This document shows positions 25,495 through 35,591 of a stretch of 64,000 nt of DNA, in pieces. The translations under genes and the position numbers were made by a program. The notes beneath the pieces are model-generated. The model ran no database searches, had not been told where the DNA came from, and saw only the letters and a program-made list of their open reading frames with translations. The stretch spans positions 26,047-90,046 of the forward strand of contig JAIFWV010000002.1 in assembly GCA_019659055.1 (NCBI GenBank). Direction: 5' to 3'. Each line of letters begins with the position of its first letter. Position 1 is the stretch's first letter. Source of the DNA: Candidatus Doudnabacteria bacterium. Lineage in GTDB: Bacteria > Patescibacteriota > Doudnabacteria > UBA920 > O2-02-FULL-48-8.

Positions 25495-25566
25495 ACCACT
25501 TCGAGCGATTAGCGAGAAGTCTAGGTGTTAAATACCGAGATCTCTCACGTTCGTTCGAGATGGGCT
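25495..25566. repeat. 72-nt conserved intergenic element, copy 1 (ends 8 nt upstream of PAP2 ATG)
   Basis: ~93% identical to 32179-32248; contains GAGATCTC palindrome and terminal complementary arms CCACTTCGAG / TTCGAGATGG. Confidence 0.7.
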
Positions 25567-25571
25567 TAATG

Positions 25572-26807
25572 CTATAGACCAGGTGCTGGGAAATTCTTAG
25601 CAAATCTCTTGACCTCGTCTTTCACTTGCAATGCTATTGAGTGATCAGTAATCACAGCGGCAATCCACGAGGCGATCTTGCTCATTTCTTTTTCTTTCAT
25701 GCCGCGGCTCGTGACTGCGGCTGTCCCTAACCGCAGACCAGAAGGATCCATGGGCGACCGCTTATCAAAAGGAATCATATTGCGATTAAGTACGATCCCG
25801 GCCGATTCCAAAAGATTCTGAGCATCTTTGCCGCCAATATTTTTGTTGGTCAGATCCATCAGGATCAGATGGTTATCGGTCCCGTCGGAAACGAGTCGGA
25901 ACCCAAAATCCTGCAGGCTTCTGGCTAAGGCGCGGCTGTTTTTGACGATTTGTTCTGCATATTTGCGGAAACCGGCACTGCGCGCCTCCTTCATGGCGAC
26001 TGCAATTCCAGCAATAGCATTTTCATGAGGACCGCCCTGCATGCCAGGGAACACGGCCTTATCAATAGAGGTTGCAAATTTATCTTTGCACATGATTATG
26101 CCGGCGCGCGGACCGCGGAGCGTTTTATGGGTAGTCGTAGTTACGACATCGAAAAACGGAATTGGCGACTGATGGACGCCAGCCGCAACCAATCCCGCGA
26201 TATGGGAAATATCCGCCATCGAAATGGCATTGACCTTCTCGGCTATCTCGTGAAATTTTTTGAAATCAATTTCACGCGGGTAGGCTGTGAACCCGGATAG
26301 AATTAAACGCGGACGAGTCCGGTCTGCAAGCTTTAGGATCTCAACGTAGTCCAAGCGTTCAGTTTTGGGATTGACGCCATAATGAACAAAGTTATATTGC
26401 TTTCCCGAAAAATTAACTTTGGAACCATGCGTAAGGTGCCCACCATGAGCCAAATCCAAAGCTAGAATCGTATCTCCAGGATTGAGCAGGCCCGCATAAA
26501 CTTCCAAGTTCATAGGACTGCCCGAGTACGGCTGGACATTTACATGCCAATCGATAGGTAATTCAAAGCCTTCTTTTACACGTTCAATTGCCAGACGCTC
26601 GACATCGTCGATAACTTCGTTGCCGGCATAATATCTTTTGCCCGGGTAGCCTTCGGCGTATTTGTTATTGAGCACCGACCCGAGGGCTTCCAGGACTTCA
26701 TCCGAAACATAATTTTCCGAAGCGATCAATTCCAAAACTTCGGATTGCCTTTTCCGTTCTCTTTGGATGAGATCATAAACTTGTGGATCAGACTTTTTTA
26801 AACCCAT
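25572..26807 (-). CDS. glyA: serine hydroxymethyltransferase
   Basis: 411 aa; GSPMNLEVYAGL, HGGHLTHG, TTTTHKTLRGPR(AG) PLP-Lys motif. Confidence 0.93.
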   Translation of the reverse strand: MGLKKSDPQVYDLIQRERKRQSEVLELIASENYVSDEVLEALGSVLNNKYAEGYPGKRYYAGNEVIDDVERLAIERVKEGFELPIDWHVNVQPYSGSPMNLEVYAGLLNPGDTILALDLAHGGHLTHGSKVNFSGKQYNFVHYGVNPKTERLDYVEILKLADRTRPRLILSGFTAYPREIDFKKFHEIAEKVNAISMADISHIAGLVAAGVHQSPIPFFDVVTTTTHKTLRGPRAGIIMCKDKFATSIDKAVFPGMQGGPHENAIAGIAVAMKEARSAGFRKYAEQIVKNSRALARSLQDFGFRLVSDGTDNHLILMDLTNKNIGGKDAQNLLESAGIVLNRNMIPFDKRSPMDPSGLRLGTAAVTSRGMKEKEMSKIASWIAAVITDHSIALQVKDEVKRFAKNFPAPGL

Positions 26808-27978
26808 TGGCTTTTATCTTAGTGGTTAGTAAAGCGTAAAAAAGCGTGAGGACTCCTGCAAACACGAACACTAAATAAATATTATGCGTCAATTTGAGAA
26901 TGATAATAGAGGCTAAAGCCGTAACGATTTTACCCATCGATAAACTAAATTCGACAAAAGTCGAATAGACCAAGGTGAACGCTTTATCTCTTTGCCTGGC
27001 CGTCTCGAAAGTTAGGCTCACCAGAGGTATATTGATCAGGCCCTTGCCGATCTTGGTCATAGTGTCAAAAATCAGAACAGACACTGCGTTGATTGCCGTA
27101 AACCGGAAAAACCAGGTCAGGGCATAAAAAAATGAAACTTCGCCGGTGAGCTTGCTCTTATCCGTATGATCGGCGAGCCTGCCTATGTACAACATTAGCA
27201 CGCAGGCAACCAGACTGGCAAATGTCGTAATCAACCCGACTCCGAAGAGTTGGCCTAAGATAATATACATCAGAACCGGCCATAAACTCATGAGCATCAG
27301 ATCTTCGGCATACCCAAAGTAACCAAAAAAATTCCGGGGATTTTGGGTAACAAAATACAAGAGCTGGCGTACGCGAAAGCTTCCGCTAAATTTGACTTCG
27401 CTGGTAAAAAATAGTGGGATCGAAGAGAGAATCATCATCGTCCCCGCGGCAAGGAACAAATAATAAAATCCGAAACTCTGGGAAATAATTCCACCCAAGA
27501 ACGGTCCGACTATATAAGCCAAATCAACTAAAACCATAATCATCCCCACTTGCCGGCCACGTTCACTGCGATTACTGGCAAGCGAAGTCAAAGTATTGAA
27601 CGCGGGCCAGAGAAAAGATTTTTGGATCGCAAATAAGATTGGGGTTGCGATAAACAACCATGGGTGATTACCAATCAGGAATAATCCAATCCAGTACAAA
27701 AGGTAAAAACAATTTCCCAAAAGGATTGAATGCTTGAGTCCGAAGCGATGAGCAAATTTTGCCCCAAGCATCATGAGCACGCAGTACCAGCAATAGACCT
27801 GAACATAAAACCACATGAGTGAGACAAGATTGAACCCTAGATGGTAAAGATAAATTGGTTCAAAGATGTACGCCAGCGATAACCCAAAACCATTGAGCAT
27901 GGTAAACCAGTAGATCTGTTTGACCTCGCGGTTGGGTTTATATGAAAAATAGTGCGGGTGCGGAATTGAAAAAAACAT
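26788..27978 (-). CDS. MFS-type transporter
   Basis: 12 predicted TM segments, MFS-like loop motif (G.D..GR) not verified. Confidence 0.6.
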   Translation of the reverse strand: MFFSIPHPHYFSYKPNREVKQIYWFTMLNGFGLSLAYIFEPIYLYHLGFNLVSLMWFYVQVYCWYCVLMMLGAKFAHRFGLKHSILLGNCFYLLYWIGLFLIGNHPWLFIATPILFAIQKSFLWPAFNTLTSLASNRSERGRQVGMIMVLVDLAYIVGPFLGGIISQSFGFYYLFLAAGTMMILSSIPLFFTSEVKFSGSFRVRQLLYFVTQNPRNFFGYFGYAEDLMLMSLWPVLMYIILGQLFGVGLITTFASLVACVLMLYIGRLADHTDKSKLTGEVSFFYALTWFFRFTAINAVSVLIFDTMTKIGKGLINIPLVSLTFETARQRDKAFTLVYSTFVEFSLSMGKIVTALASIIILKLTHNIYLVFVFAGVLTLFYALLTTKIKANGFKKV

Positions 27979-27981
27979 TTA

Positions 27982-28593
27982 TTAGAGCGCTTTTTTTATT
28001 TCTTTTTCGCTAATGGGTCCTTCTCTTAATATTTTAACACGATTATTGACAATAGCCACTATTGTCGAAGGCGCAACCCTTTTGAGTTTGCCCCCGTCCA
28101 AATAAAAATCTGGTTTGAGTTTATATTTAGCAAACTGTTTTTTGACTTCTGAAACTGAATATGTGGTGGATTGGCCGCTGACATTTGCCGAAGTCGTGGT
28201 AATGGGCTTGCCTAAGGCCTCGCATAGTATTTGTGCCGGTGGATGATTGGGGTATCGGATCCCAATCGTTTTCGTACCTGCCGAAAGCATTTTCCAAGAT
28301 GCTCCGCGGGCTTTGAGCGGGACTATGATTGTCAGCGGCCCTGGCCAAAATTTGTTGATCAGTTTCAGCACGGCACGATTCAGACTGTAATACGGTACAG
28401 TAAGTAAGTCTGTACTCGGGACTATTACATGAGTAGGCTTTTTGAAATCGCGTCCTTTAAGCGTATAGAGTTTTTTTACCGCGGCTAGATTGGTCGCGTC
28501 CACGGCCAAACCATAAGCGGTGTCGGTGGGATAAACCACGACACCGCCTGCTTTGAGAACTTTGATTGCTTGTTCTATTGAAGAGATCCTCAT
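27982..28593 (-). CDS. tsaC: L-threonylcarbamoyladenylate synthase (TsaC/YrdC family)
   Basis: VYPTDTAYGLAVDA, GPLTII..., KPITTTSANVSG motifs of YrdC/Sua5. Confidence 0.82.
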   Translation of the reverse strand: MRISSIEQAIKVLKAGGVVVYPTDTAYGLAVDATNLAAVKKLYTLKGRDFKKPTHVIVPSTDLLTVPYYSLNRAVLKLINKFWPGPLTIIVPLKARGASWKMLSAGTKTIGIRYPNHPPAQILCEALGKPITTTSANVSGQSTTYSVSEVKKQFAKYKLKPDFYLDGGKLKRVAPSTIVAIVNNRVKILREGPISEKEIKKAL

Positions 28594-30965
28594 TCTTTGA
28601 CTACAAAATTTACAAGCCTATCGGGTACGAACACAACTTTCATTATTTTCTTATTTGCCAAATCAAGCTTGGCAAACAGCTCTGAGGAATCAATCAAGTT
28701 CTTGGTTTGCTTTTCGGATAATCCGGCATCAGCTTCAATCATCCCTCTTTTCTTGCCGTTGATCGAGATTACTATCTCAACTTTATCATCACGGGCAAGA
28801 CTTTCGTCGAACTCCGGCCATTTCTCCAAGTGGATAGATTCTTTGTGCCCAAGCTTTTGCCAGAGCTCTTCGGTAAGATGCGGAGCAAACGGGGCCAAGA
28901 GTTTCAAAAAACTTTCCCAGTCAGACTGACTCAAATTCTTATTCTCGTTTAAGAATTCCATGAATGCCGCTACTGCCGTATTGAATTTAAAATTCTCAAT
29001 GTCGGAGGTGATTCTTTTTATAAGTTTGTGGATATTTTTATTACTTGAGGCAAACTCACCCGCTTCAGAGAACCTGATTACTTTTTCGAGGAATCTGGAT
29101 AACCCGACCATCCCTTGGGTACTCCAGGGTTTCGCATCTTCAAGCGGACCCATGAACATTTCGTACATGCGGAATACATCCGCTCCATATTGTTCGATGA
29201 TTTCATCAGGGTTTACGACATTGCCGCGCGATTTACTCATTTTTTCTCCATCTGGTCCTAAAATAAGTCCTTGATTACGGAGCTGCTTAAATGGTTCATT
29301 AAAGCTGATATACTCCAACTTATTTAAAACCTTAGTAAAAAACCGCGCGTAGAGTAAATGCAAAACCGCGTGCTCAGCGCCGCCAACATAAGTATCAACC
29401 GGTAACCATTTCTGCATTTGTTCTTTGGATGCGAATTCTTCCAAATTATTTGGATCGGTAAACCTAAAGAAGTACCAAGACGAATCCACAAAGGTATCCA
29501 TCGTATCCGAATCCCTGCGGGCGGGTTCGTTGCACTTGGGACACTTTACATCGTGAAATGATTTGGACCTTGTTAATGGCGACTCACCTGTTGGCAGAAA
29601 ATCAACATCGGTGGGTAGCTTTACAGGCAAATCTTGTTCTGGTACTGATTGCATACCACATTTGTCACAATAAATTATAGGGATGGGTGACCCCCAATAC
29701 CTTTGTCGCGAGACAAGCCAATCTCTGAGTTTATATTGAATTTTTTCCGTCCCGAATCTCTCGGCCATCTCCGACCGAGCTGTGGAAGAACTCTCACCAG
29801 TAAAGTCACCAGAATTAATAAGCATCCCTTCGCCTTCATAACAATCATCGATTTCGTGATCAGGTTTTATAACTTTAACAATTCCTAAATCGTATTTTTT
29901 GGCAAAAACATAATCGCGCTCATCATGAGCAGGCACAGCCATAATTGCGCCGGTGCCGTAACTACCCAAAACATAGTCAGCAATCCAAACTGCTATTTTT
30001 TCTTTTGTTGCCGGATTGATAGCATGTATTTTGGTATCAACACCGGTTTTATCTTTGGTCTCTGCAATCCGGACGAGTTCCGTCTTCTTAGACGCCTGAC
30101 TAATGTATGCCACAACCTCCTGTGGCGCGCGCCAACCGACATCTATCCATTTCTGAGCCAATTCAGGAGAGATCACCAAAAAAGTGGCTCCGAATATCGT
30201 ATCAGGCCTGGTAGTAAATACTTCTACAAAATGTTTGGCATCTTCTTGACCTGGAATATCTGTCAGAGAAAATTCTATTAGAGCCCCTTCGGACCGGCCA
30301 ATCCAATTTCGTTGCATTTGCTTGATTGGTTCCGGCCAATCGAGTGTATCGAGACTCGTAAGTAAATCTTCAGTAAAATCAGTGATCTTAAAAAACCATT
30401 GCGATAAAAGTTTTTGCTCAACCACGGTCCCACATCTCTCGCAAGCACCGTTTACCACTTGTTCATTTGCCAGAACAGTTTGATCTTTGGGACACCAGTT
30501 CACTGAAGCTTCTTTCTTATATGCGAGGCCGTTCTTATATAGCAATAAGAATAACCACTGAGTCCATTTATAATAATCTGGGCTCGAAGTATTTACTTCT
30601 CGTTCCCAGTCATATGAAAAACCAAAAGATTTAATTTGGTTCCGGAAACGCTCAATATATTTAGGAGTAGTCTCCCAAGGAGGATTCCCAGTTTTGATAG
30701 CAAAATTCTCAGTCGGCAAACCAAAAGCATCCCAACCTAGAGGATGGAGTACGTCGTAACCTCTCATTCTGTTCATCCGAGATAAGATATCTGTTGCTGT
30801 GTATCCTTCCGGGTGGCCAACATGAAGACCGGATCCAGAAATATATGGGAACATATCCAAAATATATCTCTTCTTTGCAGGGTCAGGATTCTTGGGAGTC
30901 TTGTATATTTTTTCCTGCTCCCATTTCTCCTGCCACTTTTTTTCTATCTCTTTATGATCGTACAT
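28590..30965 (-). CDS. leuS: leucyl-tRNA synthetase
   Basis: HVGHPEGY (HIGH), class I LeuRS architecture incl. CP1 editing region and KMSKS (KMSKSRGN); start at MYDHKEIEKKW. Confidence 0.93.
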   Translation of the reverse strand: MYDHKEIEKKWQEKWEQEKIYKTPKNPDPAKKRYILDMFPYISGSGLHVGHPEGYTATDILSRMNRMRGYDVLHPLGWDAFGLPTENFAIKTGNPPWETTPKYIERFRNQIKSFGFSYDWEREVNTSSPDYYKWTQWLFLLLYKNGLAYKKEASVNWCPKDQTVLANEQVVNGACERCGTVVEQKLLSQWFFKITDFTEDLLTSLDTLDWPEPIKQMQRNWIGRSEGALIEFSLTDIPGQEDAKHFVEVFTTRPDTIFGATFLVISPELAQKWIDVGWRAPQEVVAYISQASKKTELVRIAETKDKTGVDTKIHAINPATKEKIAVWIADYVLGSYGTGAIMAVPAHDERDYVFAKKYDLGIVKVIKPDHEIDDCYEGEGMLINSGDFTGESSSTARSEMAERFGTEKIQYKLRDWLVSRQRYWGSPIPIIYCDKCGMQSVPEQDLPVKLPTDVDFLPTGESPLTRSKSFHDVKCPKCNEPARRDSDTMDTFVDSSWYFFRFTDPNNLEEFASKEQMQKWLPVDTYVGGAEHAVLHLLYARFFTKVLNKLEYISFNEPFKQLRNQGLILGPDGEKMSKSRGNVVNPDEIIEQYGADVFRMYEMFMGPLEDAKPWSTQGMVGLSRFLEKVIRFSEAGEFASSNKNIHKLIKRITSDIENFKFNTAVAAFMEFLNENKNLSQSDWESFLKLLAPFAPHLTEELWQKLGHKESIHLEKWPEFDESLARDDKVEIVISINGKKRGMIEADAGLSEKQTKNLIDSSELFAKLDLANKKIMKVVFVPDRLVNFVVKE

Positions 30966-31020
30966 TTTGCTTATATGCGTATTTAAGATTATTATGTAAT
31001 CAACTGCCAAGGAGGGTCAA

Positions 31021-31395
31021 ATGCCTGTTCTGCCCATTCCCGAGAAACTCGACAACTTTCGCGACCTTCTCAGCACTGCCATTTTTCACAGCTATCAGGC
31101 TGCCGCTTCCGGGAAACTTGCGGCTCCCGCATTTTCGCGAATTGTACCGATTGTCACATCAGATCCAGTTGCGTACGAGATCCATTCTTACGAAGATGCT
31201 CCCTATGCGGAGTTCATCTGGAGTCTCTGGTTTCTCATAGCCTCAGACCATGAAGTCTTCGGACAGCTTCAGGCGATGCGTTCGGATCTACAGCAACAGA
31301 ATTTCCGTGTCTGGGTCGGCATAGGCGTTTCGCCAAATATTTTCTCTGAAGCCGATTTCGGTCTTCTCCAAGGATCCGGGATAATGCAGATCTAA
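31021..31395 (+). CDS. hypothetical protein (124 aa)
   Basis: strong SD AAGGAGGG 5 nt before ATG; lone plus-strand gene between leuS and tatD. Confidence 0.5.
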   Translation: MPVLPIPEKLDNFRDLLSTAIFHSYQAAASGKLAAPAFSRIVPIVTSDPVAYEIHSYEDAPYAEFIWSLWFLIASDHEVFGQLQAMRSDLQQQNFRVWVGIGVSPNIFSEADFGLLQGSGIMQI

Positions 31396-32171
31396 GTCCT
31401 CAAGCCAGTGCTTGGGGACTTTTCTAATTGGTAGATCCGGCAAGCATTGGTAAAGGTCAGGTCTGAAACTTCTTCAAGGCTTACTTCTCTGATTTCGGCA
31501 ATCCGCTCGGCGACCCGCTTCACATTTGCAGGCTCGTTGCGCTTGCCGCGGTTGGGCGAGAGAAACGGCGCATCCGTTTCTATGAGTATTCTATCAGACG
31601 GCAGATTCTTTGCCACTTCGGCCAGTCTACCAGTTTTATCGAAAATCAGGATGGCATTCAGGGCAATATAGTATCCCAGGTCCAAAAACTTTTTCGCGGT
31701 GTCCCCAGAATCAGTAAACGAATGGATGATCGCCTGTCCCGTATATTCGGCTTGCAAAATTTCTATCAAATCATGGTAAGCGTCTCGGCAATGAATCACA
31801 AGCGGTAACCCTAGCTTTTGCGCAAAATGAATTTGCTTGATAAATTCGGCTTTTTGCTTATTGATCCCTGCTTCCTCTTTTTGGTGATAATAGTCCAATC
31901 CGCACTCCCCAATTGCTACGACTTTATCTGTGATCAGAGCAGAGTAAATCTCTTCATCGAAATGTTCTTTGCTGTCTGTGGGATGCTGACCGACAGTGGC
32001 ATACACTCCATCTTTAAATTTCGAAGCCAGTTCAACTGCGGATTTGGATGATTTATAGTCGCAACCGACGTTGGTCATCCAAAGCCCTTGGTCTTGTGCG
32101 TCTTTGAGGATTTGCTCCCGGTCAGGATCAAATTCGGGAAAGTTTACGTGTGTGTGAGTATCAAATAGCAT
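31392..32171 (-). CDS. tatD: TatD-family metal-dependent deoxyribonuclease/hydrolase
   Basis: LFDTHTHV, IGECGLDY, conserved His/Asp/Glu ligands of TatD. Confidence 0.85.
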   Translation of the reverse strand: MLFDTHTHVNFPEFDPDREQILKDAQDQGLWMTNVGCDYKSSKSAVELASKFKDGVYATVGQHPTDSKEHFDEEIYSALITDKVVAIGECGLDYYHQKEEAGINKQKAEFIKQIHFAQKLGLPLVIHCRDAYHDLIEILQAEYTGQAIIHSFTDSGDTAKKFLDLGYYIALNAILIFDKTGRLAEVAKNLPSDRILIETDAPFLSPNRGKRNEPANVKRVAERIAEIREVSLEEVSDLTFTNACRIYQLEKSPSTGLRT

Positions 32172-32178
32172 TATAGTG

Positions 32179-32248
32179 ACCACTTCGAGCGATTAGCGAG
32201 AAGTCTGGGTGTTATTACCGAGATCTCTCACGTCCGTTCGAGATGGGG
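32179..32248. repeat. 72-nt conserved intergenic element, copy 2 (ends 8 nt upstream of tatD ATG)
   Basis: see copy 1; identical placement relative to start codon. Confidence 0.7.
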
Positions 32249-33685
32249 TTATTCAATTTTCTGAAACAATGGTTCGGGTTTCTTGATGTCGCCGGATTCA
32301 ATAATCTTTCGGATTTTGTTGGCAGTATCCGGCATCACGGGTGCAAGCTTCCCCGCAATATCATAAAGCAACCCAGTAAGGTTTAAGAGCAGCTCCTTCA
32401 CTTTTTCAGGTTCAGTCTTTACCAATTCCCATGGTTTGGCCTTATCAATCAACTGATTGGCCCAGGCAATTTCTTCCCAGATTTTCACCAGGCCTTCAGA
32501 AAAATTGAGAGTACTAAATGCATCCCAGGCTGCCGATAGATCTTTGGGTGAAACCGCAAAGTCGGCAACATCACCATCAAGATATTTTTCGATCATATTA
32601 GTTGTGCGCGAGAAAAGATTGCCGAGACCATTGGCCAAATCGCCGTTGTAGCGGATCTTGAGTTTTTCTTCCGAGACATCGCCGTCTTGGCCAAACGGCA
32701 CTTCCCGCAATAGAAAATACCGGACCGCGTCGGCGCCGTATTTGGCCACCCAATCGTTGGGATCGATAACGTTACCGATAGTCTTGCTGATTTTTTGGCC
32801 GCCAATGGTAAAAAATCCATGCGCAAAAATCGCGTGCGGTAATGGTAAATCCACGGCCAGCAACAACGCCGGCCAAATTATGCAATGAAATTTGATAATG
32901 TCTTTGGCCATGACCTGAATATCGGCCGGCCAGTAGTTGCGGAACTTTTCTTCGTCTTCTCCAAAACCAATTATCGAACAGTAATTAAACAATGCTTCGA
33001 CCCAGACGTAAACGGTTTGTTCCGGATCCCACGGCAAAGGGATTCCCCATTTGACGTTTGGCCTGGAAATAGCAATATCTTCCAAACCTTGTTTGATAAA
33101 CGACAACACTTCGTTTTGTCTCGTGTACGGCCGAATCCGGAATTCATCCGTCTCAATCCGTTCTTTGAGTATGTCGCCGTATTCCGAGAGTTTAAAGAAC
33201 CAATTTTTTTCCTTGATTAATTCAGGCTTGGTCTTATGATCCGGGCACACGCCGTCCACTAAATCTGATTCTTTGATAAATGCCTCGTGACCTACGCAAT
33301 AGAGTCCTTCGTATTCGCCTTCGTAAATCTTCCCCGAATCTTTGAGCATGGTGAGAAATTTCGCCACGGCTTGCTTGTGCCGCGGCTCTGTGGTGCGGAT
33401 AAAGTCATCTGAGCTGATATCGAGCTGGTCCCAAGCAAAAGAGAATTTAGCGGAGATTTCATCAACAAATTCTTGCGGGGTCTGTTTGGCTTTCTCCGCG
33501 GCTTGGGCGATTTTTGCCCCATGCTCGTCGGTCCCTGTTTGGAAAAACACATCCTCGCCCAAAAGCCGATGCAGGCGGGCCACCACATCTGCGGCAATGG
33601 TCGTATAAGCATGACCAATATGCGGTTTATCGTTTACATAATAAATCGGGGTGGTGATATAAAATTTTTGACGAACTGTGTCCAT
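32249..33685 (-). CDS. metG: methionyl-tRNA synthetase (short form)
   Basis: PIYYVNDKPHIGHAYTT (HIGH), KISKTIGN (KMSKS-like), MetRS anticodon-binding region. Confidence 0.92.
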   Translation of the reverse strand: MDTVRQKFYITTPIYYVNDKPHIGHAYTTIAADVVARLHRLLGEDVFFQTGTDEHGAKIAQAAEKAKQTPQEFVDEISAKFSFAWDQLDISSDDFIRTTEPRHKQAVAKFLTMLKDSGKIYEGEYEGLYCVGHEAFIKESDLVDGVCPDHKTKPELIKEKNWFFKLSEYGDILKERIETDEFRIRPYTRQNEVLSFIKQGLEDIAISRPNVKWGIPLPWDPEQTVYVWVEALFNYCSIIGFGEDEEKFRNYWPADIQVMAKDIIKFHCIIWPALLLAVDLPLPHAIFAHGFFTIGGQKISKTIGNVIDPNDWVAKYGADAVRYFLLREVPFGQDGDVSEEKLKIRYNGDLANGLGNLFSRTTNMIEKYLDGDVADFAVSPKDLSAAWDAFSTLNFSEGLVKIWEEIAWANQLIDKAKPWELVKTEPEKVKELLLNLTGLLYDIAGKLAPVMPDTANKIRKIIESGDIKKPEPLFQKIE

Positions 33686-33699
33686 AGCTTTATAGATTC

Positions 33700-33790
33700 G
33701 TCTTCTACAAAATTACGAAATTTTACGAACATACGAACGAGTAGCCTTTTCGTATTTTCGTACTTTTTTCGTAGTTCGTAGTTATTAAAA
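33700..33790. promoter_or_regulatory. array of TACGAA (x3) and inverted TTCGTA (x4) hexamers in metG / 33890 divergent region
   Basis: ..ATTACGAAATTTTACGAACATACGAACG.. then ..TTTTCGTATTTTCGTACTTTTTTCGTAGTTCGTAG.. Confidence 0.4.
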
Positions 33791-33889
33791 AAGCCCTTTC
33801 GGCTTGGGTATTATACCACAAGCGGGAACTTTTGGCTTTATTCATTAATTTGCTATACTGGGTATGCAGAAGCCCGTTAGGAGGACCGT

Positions 33890-34168
33890 ATGCACTCAGT
33901 TTGGATCGAGCACAAGGGCAATCAAATTTATCTCAAGAGCTCAGACGACTTCGAGCTCAGCCAGGTAGGGGCTATAACCGAAGCCGAATCCTCGATCGAC
34001 GGTGATGTCGCAGTGGTGTCATTCCCCCACGGCCACGAAACCCAGGCTGCCACTTTCTTCCGGCGGCTTGTAGAAAGATTCCGAAGGCAGGGATTTGAGG
34101 TCAATCGCGGCGTCTATATCTCGCCTTACATCATCACCGACGACGGTCTCTACATGACTGTCCAGTAG
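33890..34168 (+). CDS. hypothetical protein (92 aa)
   Basis: SD AGGAGG 6 nt before ATG; terminator AACCGGACTC..GAGTCCGGT + T-run at 34188-34235. Confidence 0.5.
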   Translation: MHSVWIEHKGNQIYLKSSDDFELSQVGAITEAESSIDGDVAVVSFPHGHETQAATFFRRLVERFRRQGFEVNRGVYISPYIITDDGLYMTVQ

Positions 34169-34237
34169 ATCAGAGCTTCGCAAACAAAACCGGACTCATT
34201 CCGCAAGGAAAGAGTCCGGTATTTTATTTTTATAAAT

Positions 34238-35242
34238 TTAAGTGTACTGCTCTAAGACGTCATTTACAAATACAGAAACTCCAGACGCGATTGGGACCGC
34301 AATCAGGGCGCCGACAATTCCTCCCAGCGTGCCTCCGACAAGAATCGCCAGGATAATCATGACGGGATTTAGTCCGACACTCTTGCTCATGATGATCGGT
34401 ACCAAAACGTGGCCTTCCAATTCCTGCACGACTATAAAAAATATAACCGCGGCTAGAGCCAACCCTGGGCTTTGCAAAAATGCAAAAAATGCAGTGATGC
34501 CGCCGGCGATAAACGGACCAATATACGGGATGATCTCAAGCACACCGGCAATAAGCGCCAGGACCAGAGCGTAATCAACTTTGAGTATAGTCAAGCCTAC
34601 ATAGACGACGCCAAAGACTACAACTGACAAAATCAGCTGACCCAAAAGCCAGTAGCCCATCTTGCGCTGAATTTTGGTGACGAGGTTCATGACGTAAGCC
34701 TGGTGTTTGTAGGGCGAGAGATGCCGGATGAAATTTTTCATACCGTTCTCTTCCGCGGTCAGGTAGAACGAAATGACTAATACTGTAATAAACGAGACTA
34801 CGCCGGTGGCGACACCTTTGGTGGTTTGGAAAATATTCCCCGCAAGGCCCGATCGGAAGTGCTCAACTGTATTCGTAACACTCTTATCGATCCCGAAACG
34901 CGCCAGAGCATCTTTGTAGGGGCCAATTTTTTCTTGGAAATGAGACACGAAATTGTTTGACTGCAAGGATTGGAATTGATCAATCATAGTCGGGACCAGG
35001 AGGAATCCGACCAAAGCGATGAGACCCAGGAAAAGCACATAAACCAAAAGTACGCTTATCCCCCGCGGAATGCGGTATTTGCGGAAAAAATCTGCGACCG
35101 GGTCCATGGCAGCCGAAACTATGATGGCAATGACGAACAGCAGGACGATTTCCCGGATGGCAAATAAAAACCACACCAAAAGCGCGATAAACAGGATTTT
35201 GAGTATGGTAATCGAAGAGATATTTATAGTGTTGTGATCCAT
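34238..35242 (-). CDS. AI-2E family transporter (PerM/YhhT-like permease)
   Basis: 334 aa, 8 TM segments with the AI-2E layout and conserved C-terminal GxxAxxP-rich region. Confidence 0.7.
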   Translation of the reverse strand: MDHNTINISSITILKILFIALLVWFLFAIREIVLLFVIAIIVSAAMDPVADFFRKYRIPRGISVLLVYVLFLGLIALVGFLLVPTMIDQFQSLQSNNFVSHFQEKIGPYKDALARFGIDKSVTNTVEHFRSGLAGNIFQTTKGVATGVVSFITVLVISFYLTAEENGMKNFIRHLSPYKHQAYVMNLVTKIQRKMGYWLLGQLILSVVVFGVVYVGLTILKVDYALVLALIAGVLEIIPYIGPFIAGGITAFFAFLQSPGLALAAVIFFIVVQELEGHVLVPIIMSKSVGLNPVMIILAILVGGTLGGIVGALIAVPIASGVSVFVNDVLEQYT

Positions 35243-35553
35243 AGCTAAATTCTAAAGAATTGCTAGCGAATAAGCAATAGCTTAGAAGCTGGGAAGCTGG
35301 AATCTAGAATCTAGGAATAAACCAGGCTGCGGCCTGGTTTTGGTTTTCCCGACACTCGGAAAAATTTTGTCGGAATTTCAATCGAGCATATGTCCCATTG
35401 CGAGGAGTCCCGCCTACCACAAAAAAATTAATAGCCGGGGTGGGACGACGCGGCAATCTTTTTTAAGAGAGCTCGCCACGCGGCCTACTAGATTTAAGCT
35501 TAAGCAAACGGCCGCTCGCGATGGACAGATATATTCAGGATGACGGCGCATGG

Positions 35554-35580
35554 AACACCCGACACCCCGTCCCGGGTGTT
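35554..35580. repeat. 27-nt hairpin repeat AACACCCG-R-GACGGGGT-S-TCGGGTGTT (copy, reverse orientation)
   Basis: identical (as reverse complement) to 55131-55157; just downstream of nfo stop. Confidence 0.6.
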
Positions 35581-35591
35581 CAAGGATAGCC

